From NCBI GenBank assembly GCA_963514005.1, contig OY740826.1:2604001-2668000 (forward strand): a DNA stretch of 64,000 nt, read 5' to 3'. Position 1 is the first letter of the stretch. Every line of letters starts with the position of its first letter. Shown piece by piece: positions 56,412 through 64,000 of this stretch. The position numbers and the translations under genes were made by a program. Origin of the DNA: Raja brachyura. Taxonomy: Eukaryota. Below the pieces are notes generated by a model. That model was not told the origin of the DNA and did not search any database. It saw nothing but the letters and a program-made list of their open reading frames with translations.

Positions 56412-58925
56412 ACATAGAAAATAGGTGCAGGAGTAGGCCATTCGGCCCTTCGAGCCTGCACCGTCATTCAATATGATCATGGCTGATCATCCAACTCGGT
56501 ATCCTGTACCTGCCTTCTCTCCATACCCCCTGATCCCTTTAGCCACAAGGGCCACATCTAACTCCCTGTTAAGTATAGCCAATGAACTGGCCTCAACTAC
56601 CTTCTGTGGCAGAGAATTCCAGAGACTCACCACTCTCTGTGTGAAAAATGTTTTCCTCATCTCGGTCCTAAAGGAATTCCCGCTTATCCTTAGACTGTAA
56701 CCCCTTGTTCTGGACCTCCCCAACATTGGGAACAATCTTCCTGCATCTAGCCTATCCAACCCCTTAAGAATTTTGTAAGTTTCTAGAAGATCCCCCTCAG
56801 TCTTCTAAATTCTAGCGAGTTCAAGCCAAGTCTATCCAGTCTTTCCTCATGTGAAAGTCCTGATATCCCAGGAATCAGTCTGGCGAACCTTCTCTGTACC
56901 CCCTCTATGGCAAGAATGCCTTTCCTCAGATTTGGAAACCAAAACTGTATGCAATACTCCAGGTGTGGCCTCACCAAAACCCTGTACAACTGCAGTAGAA
57001 CCTCCCTGCTCCTATACTCAAATCCTTTCGCCATGAATGCTAACATACCATTTGCGTTATTCACTGCCTGCTGCACCTGCATGCCTACTTTCAATGATTG
57101 GTGTACCATGACACCCAGGTCTAGTTGCAGCTCCCCTTTTCCTAATTTGCCACCATTCAGATAATAGTCTACCATCCTGGTTTTGCCACCAAAGTGGATA
57201 ACCTCACATTTATCCACATTATACTGCATCTGCCATGCATTTTCCCACTCACCCAGCCTATCCAAGTCACCTTGCAGCCTCCTAGCATCCTCCTCACACC
57301 TAACACTACCCCGCAGCTTAGTGTCATCCGCAAACTTGGAGATGTTGCATTCAATTCCCTCGTCCAAATCATTAATATATGTTGTAAATAGGTGGGGCTG
57401 CAGCACTGAGCCTTGCGGTACCCCACTAGCCATTGCCTGCCATTCTGAAAAGGACCCGTTTACTCCTACCCTTTGCTTCCTGTCTGCCAGCCAGTTCTCT
57501 ATCCACATCAATACTGAACCCCCAATACCGTGTGCTTTAAGTTTGTATACTAATCTCTTATGTGGGACCTTGTCGAAAGTCTGAAATTCTAGATATAACA
57601 CATCCACTGGTTCTTCGTTATCCACTCTACTAGTTACATCCTCGAAAAATTCTATAAGATTAATCAGATTTACCTTTCGTAAATCCATGCTGACTTTGTC
57701 CAATGATTTCACCAATTTCCAAATGTACTGCTATCCCATCTTTAATAACTGACTCTTGCCGTTTCCCCACTACCGATGTTAGACTAACTGGTCTGTAATT
57801 CCCATTTTCTCTCTCCCTCCTTTTTTAAAAAGTGGGGTTACATTAGCTACCCTCCAATCCTCAGGAACTACTCCAGAATCTAAGGAGTTTTGAAAAATTA
57901 TTACTAATGCATCCGCTATTTCTGTGGCTACTTCCTTGAGTACTCTGGGGTGCAGACTATCTGGCACTGGGGATTTATCAGCCTTTAATCCATTCAATTT
58001 ACCCAACACCACTTCCAGGCTAACCTGGATTTCACTCAGTTCCTCCACCTTATTTGACCCCCGGTCCCCTGCTATTTCCGGCAGATTATTTATGTCTTCC
58101 TTAGTGAAGACAGAACCAAAGTAGTTATCCAATTGGTCTGCCATGTCCTTGTTCCCCATGATCAATTCACCTGTTTCTGACTGCAAGGGACCTACATTTG
58201 TTTTAACTAATCTCTTTCTCTTCACATATCTATAAAAGCTTTTGCAGTCAGTTTTTATGTTCCCTGCCAGTTTTCTTTCATAATCTATTTTCCCGTTCCT
58301 AATTAAGTCCTTTGTCCTCCTCTGCTGGACTGAATTTCTCCCAGGCCTCTGGTAGGCTGCATTTTCTGGCTAATTTGTATGCTTCATCTTTTGTTTTTAT
58401 ACTATCCCTGATTTCCCTTGTTATCCATGGATACACTACCTTCCCTGATTTATTCTTTTGCCAAACTGGGATGAACAATTGTTGTAGTTCATCCATGCAG
58501 TCTTTAAATATCTTCCATTGCACATCCACTGTCAACCTTTTAAGAATCACTTGCCAGTCTATCTTGGCCAATTCACATCTCATACCTTCAAATTACCTTT
58601 GTTTAAGTTCAGAACCCTTGTTTCTGACTTAATTATGTCACTCTCCATCCTAATGAAGAATTCAACCATATTATGGTCAGTCTTGCCCAAGGGGCCACGC
58701 ACAACAAGACTGCTAACTAACCCTTCCTCATTACTCAATACCCAGTCTAGAATAGCCTGCTTTCTCGTTGGTTCCTCTACATGTTGATTTAGAAAACTAT
58801 CCTGCATACATTCCAAGAAATCCTCTTCCTCAGCACCCCTGCCCATTTGATTCAACCAATCTATATGTAATTTCCTGTTTGATGCCATCCCCAACTCCAC
58901 TACTACTGTTAGGTGGCCTGTACAC
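56412..58925 (-). mobile_element. 5'-truncated, more decayed CR1 of the same family as 44004-48633
   Basis: Colinear high similarity to 44020-46595, with several additional frameshifts. Confidence 0.93.
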
Positions 58926-59599
58926 AAGGTGCTGACCTCCGCTTTATTCTAAGACTGTGGCCCCTGGTTCTGGACTCACCCAAAATATTTTTCCTGCATC
59001 TAGCTTGTCCTGTCCTCAGAGGTGAGGGTGCAACACACACCCTTTATGCATTGAGGAAGCAAAGTGCTGGAGGAACACAGTGGATCTGTGGGGGTTAGAC
59101 ACAAAGTGCTGGAGTAACTCAGCTGGACGGGCAGCATCTCTGTAGAGAAGGAATGGGTAACGTTTCGGGTCGAGGCCCTTCTTCAGACTGAGAGTCAGGG
59201 GAGAGGGAAACTAGAGATATGGGTGGTGATGTAGAGAGATATAAAACAAATTAATGAAAGATATGCACAAATAGCAACAATGGTAAAGGAACCAAGCCAT
59301 TGTTGTCAGTTTACTATGTGAGAACAAGAAGCTGGTGCGACTTGGGTGGGGGAGGGATGGAGAGAGAGAGAATGCAGGAGTTACTTGAAGTTAGAGAAAT
59401 CAATATTCATACTAGACCGAGAAGCGGTAAGGAGGCGGTGCAAAAGATTCGACATTTGAAGGTAGGTCTGTCCGACAGAAACAAAACAGAATGAACAGTC
59501 AGTAATTACATATTTGTGGAAAAATGAAAGAAAAAACAGCAATTTTTAAAAAGACACCACACAGCAGTAATTTGGTACAGCAAGTTAGTCCCTGGTGAG

Positions 59600-60152
59600 A
59601 TAGGAGTTTACAGTCCTAATGGCCACTGGGAAGAAACTCCTTCTCATGCTCTGTTTTCACAGCATGGCAACGGAGGTGTTTGCCTGAACGTAGCAGCTGG
59701 AACAGTTTTTTGCTGGGGTTGGAGGAGTCCTCTATAATGTTGCTGGCTCTGGATCTGCACCTTCTGATGTATAGTTCCTGCAGGGGGACAAGTGCAGTTC
59801 CCATAGTGCGTTCAGCCGAACGCACTACTGTCTGCAGAACTTTCTTGTCCTGGGCAGAGCAGTTCCCAAACCAGATTGTGACGTTTCCAGACAAGATGCT
59901 TTCCACATCTGCTGAGTAGAAGCACTGGAGGATCCTCAGAGACACTCTGAATTTCCTCAATGCCCAAGGTGGTAAAGGCGCTGCCTTGCCTTACTCACCA
60001 GTGCGGCAGCGTGTGATGTCCATGTCAGATCCTCTGAGATGTGGACTCTCAGGTATTTAAAGCAGCTCACCATATCCATCGTAAACCCATTTATTTTCAG
60101 TGGTGTGTACGTCCTCGGACGTTGTGCCCTCCTAAAGTCCACGATCAGCTTC
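59600..60152 (-). mobile_element. Rex1/Babar-like LINE 3' fragment
   Basis: FKYLRVHISEDLTW..KARQRLY; ESILSGNVTIWFGNCSAQDKKVLQ.VVRSAE. Confidence 0.8.
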
Positions 60153-60503
60153 TTAGTTTAGTTTAGTTTAAAGATACAGCGCGGAAACAGGCTCTTTGTC
60201 GCACCGAGTCTGCGCCGCCCATCAGTCCCAGCACTATCCTGCACTCAGTAGGGACAATTTACATTTATACCAAGCCAATTGACCTACAAAACTGGAATGT
60301 GGGAGGAAACCGATGAACTCGGGGAAAATACCCGCTGGTCACCGGGAGAAGGTACAAACTCCATACAGACCAGCACCCGTAGTCAGGATCGAAGCTGGGT
60401 CTCTGGTGCTGTAATGTGGTAGCTCTACCGCTGCTCCACCTTGCCTCCTGCCCGAATGCACAGAATGTTTTTACCCAGTCAATAGTCAGATTTATTCGTC
60501 ACA

Positions 60504-61537
60504 TCTATATTACTAAAACTAAGATCTTGACCACTTTCTGACTTCCTGTTTTGTTATTTTTGGCCACCTCGCTCAGAGTTCCCCTCCGCTGAGCTGACCA
60601 GAGGATTTTTCCCATCGATGAAACATAAAAGAGTTATTGATGTTTAAAAAATGTTGACATTCTGCTGCCACTGCTGGTGGGAGGGGGGGAGCGACAATAA
60701 AACAGGAAGAGCTGTGCCTCTAAGTCTCTGCAAGATCGGGGAAGGGAGAGGGTCACGCCGCGAAGTCTGAGCTGTGAATAACACTGAACACATGTGTACT
60801 AAACTGTGAGTGTTATTTTACTGACCTTGAGTGCCCTTAATGTGGTTTGAAAATGAAAATATGGTTGGTTTGAAGTAAAAAGCACTGCAAATGGTTGTTT
60901 GGGGGGTTTTGGGTTGAAGTGAAAAGCACTGCAAATGATTGTTTGGGGGGTTTTGGGTTGAGATCTTTGGCCATCGTACTCAGTCCCCCTCCGCTCATCA
61001 TGCGCAGAGGATTCTTCCCATCATTGAAAATTAAAAGTGTTATTAGTGTTTAAAAAATGTCGAGAATCTCTCTCCTGTCAATCACGCCATGAAGGCCACA
61101 CCTTTTCCAGTGGGAGGGATTATAAAACCCGGAACTGTGGGTGTGGCTCAGTCTCTGCATGATGGGGGGAGGGGGAGGTCATGACTGTCTGAGCTGTGAA
61201 TCAACTGAACACACTGAATGTCTACTGAACTGTGAGTGTGGTGTTTAGTGTGGTTTTATGGTGGTTTCACCCTGCTTAAAATGGTATGAAACTGCATTTG
61301 AATGTGGTGGCCTTGCACCCTGCTTGAAATGGAATTTCAAGGAATAGCCATGAGTCAACTGCCAGCCCACCAGCCATGAGCGAGCTGCCAGCACATCAGA
61401 CTTGAGGGACTGAGCTGCCACCCCAAGAATCCATTTGGCCCACAATGTCCATACTAGCCCTCTGGAGATCAGTCCCTTCAGCCCACAACACCCATACCAG
61501 CACTCCAGAACACCCCGACGGGTCCCACTTAGTCTAG
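60504..61537 (+). mobile_element. Non-autonomous Helitron
   Basis: A|TCTATATTACTAAAA 5' end and CTAG|T 3' end, with a short GC hairpin (CCCGACGGG) just upstream. Inserted between A and T with no TSD; flanks rejoin as ..attcgtcaca-tacacaataaa. Confidence 0.8.
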
Positions 61538-63332
61538 TACACAATAAATTGCAGTGAAATGAACTTGCCAGCAGCGGTACAATAAAAAAAAGCACACAAT
61601 ACACAATAAAACATTTAACACAAACATCCACCACAGCATTCATCACTGTGGTGGAAGGTACAAAGTTCAGTCAGTCCTCCTCCATTTTCCCCCGTGGTCG
61701 GGACCACAAACCTCCACAGTCGCCGCTGCGGGTGGCCTGATGTACAGGCAAGGTAAGTCCCGAATCGGTGCTTCCCTACCGGAGACCGCAGCTTCAAGAT
61801 GTAGGCTGCAGGCCGGCAGTCTAAGATCTAAGTCCCCGCCGTGCCACAGTTAGAAGCACCGCAGACCGTGGCTTCTAGATGTTGTATCCCATGGGCCGGC
61901 GGTCGGAGACCTTCTCCAGGGATCCCCGGCGAGGGATCCCGTTCCGGATGGTAAGTCCCCGACGCGCCCGCGGTTAGAAGCACCGCCGAGCGCAGCTTCA
62001 AGATGTTGTAGTCCGCAGGCCAGTGGTCGGAGGTCTTCTCCGGGATCCCCAACGAGGGATCCCAGGCTCCGGACGCCGCACCAGCTGGAAGCTCTGCAGA
62101 CCGTGGCTTCAGGCTGCCATGGGCCAGTGATCAGAGCACTCCCTTCTGGCGACCTCTGGCGAGGGTTCGCCCACTCCGCGACGAAAAAGTCCACAGCGCA
62201 CCCGCTGCTGAAGCTCCGGGCCCTACTCCGGGAAAGGCCGCACCAATCCTTGGTGTTAGGTCACGAGGGAGGCGATATGGAAAAATGTGCCTCCCCATGG
62301 AGGAGGCGACCAAAAGCTGCTCCCCCCTCTTACCCCTCCCTCACCACCCCCTACACAAGACACACCGACAGACATTAAAACACACATTTGGACATACCAA
62401 AAAACCCCAAAAAAAGTAGAAATGACTAGCACGCTGCTGGCAGGGCAGCCATCTTGCAGCGCCCCCACCAACCTTTCTTCTATCAGGGCTGGGGACTCAA
62501 GAACCAGAGGACTTGGGTTTAAGGTGAGCGGGTAAAGATTAAATAGAAACTTGAGGAGCAACTTTTTCACTTACTTGGGGGAGGGTATGTGGAACGAGCT
62601 GCCATTATATACATTAATTGGCTTGGTATAAAAGTTAAAATCGTTCCTAGCGTAGGATAGTGTTAGTGTGTGGGGATCGCTGGTTCCTGCGAACATAGTG
62701 GGCCGAAAGGCCTGTTTCTGCGCTCTAAACTAAACTAAACCATTAACAGTGTAGGAAGGAACTGCAGATGCTGGTTTAAACCAAAGTTAGACACAAAATG
62801 CTGGAGTAACTCATTGGGATAGGTAGCATCTCTGGAAAAAAGGAATGGGTGACATTTCGGGTCGAGACCTTTCTTCAGACTGAATCAGGGGAGAGGGAAA
62901 TGAGAGATATAGACAGTGAAGTAGAGAGATATAGAACAAAAGAATGAAAGATATGCAAAAAAAAGTAATGATGATAAAGGAAATAATGTTGGCTGTGTCT
63001 TAGGTGAGAACGAGAAGCTGGTGCGACTTGGGTGGGGGAGGGTGGAGAAAGAGAGAGAGAGAATGCAGGGGTTACATTAATTTACAGAAATCAATATTCA
63101 TACTGGACCGAGAGGGAATGGGTGACGTTTCGGGTAGAGTTCCTTCTTCAATGACAGCATTGATGTGCAGCGGGATCTTGGAGTCCAGGTTCACACCTCA
63201 CTGAAGGAGGCAGCATGACTAGATATTGTTTGTGGTGTTGAGAGAGCCGGGTTCGGCAGTGACCACTCAGACATTCACAGTAACACGGTGAACCCAGGTG
63301 CTTTATTCTATTTACACCGGTAAAAATGTCCA

Positions 63333-63351
63333 CGGCCACATGGGGGCGCTG
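63333..63351 (+). promoter_or_regulatory. Candidate CTCF site
   Basis: CGGCCACATGGGGGCGCTG resembles the CTCF core CCASYAGRKGGCRC and lies in a short non-repeat island. Confidence 0.35.
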
Positions 63352-63820
63352 TTCCTCACCGTCAGAGTGCATGTGTGAAGATGCTGGCAATCTGTGGCCG
63401 AGTGAGTTTGCTGACGACACCAAGATTGGAAGAGTTGCAGTGAGTAAGTAAGCTGTCGGAAGATACGGTGGGATGAAGATCAGATGCAGAAAATGGCGGA
63501 GAAATGGCAGACGTAGTTTAATCCGAGCAAGTGTGAGGTGCGCACTTTGGGAGGTTGAAGGCACAAGGAGAAAGTGTAGAGTTAATGGCAAGACCATTAA
63601 CAGCATTGATTTTTTTTTAGTTTAGTTTAGAGAAACAGCGTGGAAACTATGCAGCACACACTGGGGACAATTTACATTTATACTAAGCCAGTTAACCATC
63701 AAACTGTACCTCTTTGGAGTGTGGGGGGAAACATAAGATCTCGGAGAAACACACACACACGTACAAACTCCCTACAGACAAGCACCTATAGTCGGGATTG
63801 AAACTGGGTCTCTGGCGCTG

Positions 63821-64000
63821 TTAGGCCAGATGCTGGTCATCTCGGGCTTGTCCCAACATCTTATTCCTGTGATCTTCAAAGGAGGAGTTGTGGCTATCAC
63901 AGGCTTCTTTCTGCAGTTCACCTTTGCCATAAACAGTGCTGACAGAGCAGATTTCTTCCTGGCAGCTCAACTTTTGAGCTTGAAGAAGTGATGATAGCAG
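63821..64000 (-). CDS. Possible terminal coding exon of a gene entering from the right
   Basis: Non-repetitive, stop-free frame LLSSLLQAQKLSCQEEICSVSTVYGKGELQKEACDSHNSSFEDHRNKMLGQARDDQHLA*. Minus-strand AATAAA at 63302-63307. Confidence 0.25.
   Translation of the reverse strand: MLSSLLQAQKLSCQEEICSVSTVYGKGELQKEACDSHNSSFEDHRNKMLGQARDDQHLA

Overview
Repeat-dense vertebrate genomic DNA, most likely a cartilaginous fish such as a skate or ray. This is inferred from HE1/V-SINE-like SINEs, CR1/HER1-like LINEs and Penelope-derived repeats. It is not prokaryotic. The one host gene I can fully reconstruct is a minus-strand, 8-coding-exon Siglec/MAG-like receptor (ATG 33654 to TGA 15380; 1620 nt, 539 aa). 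It has a leader, a V-set domain with the essential Arg, three C2-set Ig domains, a TM helix containing a Glu, and a tail with AVYANL and VEYTEL tyrosine motifs. The ORF track misses several of these exons. Its putative promoter region is tandemly duplicated. The rest is a nest of mobile elements: a full-length L1 with two intact ORFs, a 19-bp TSD and an apparent 3' transduction; a decayed Tx1; a near full-length CR1 with 149-bp 5' monomers; a Tc1/mariner whose right TIR is split by a complete DIRS1-type tyrosine-recombinase retrotransposon with a readable integration junction; a non-autonomous Helitron; Rex1-like fragments; a solo LTR; SINEs; and many Penelope-derived repeats with minimal hammerhead-ribozyme cores. 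All family assignments come from motif recognition, not database searches.
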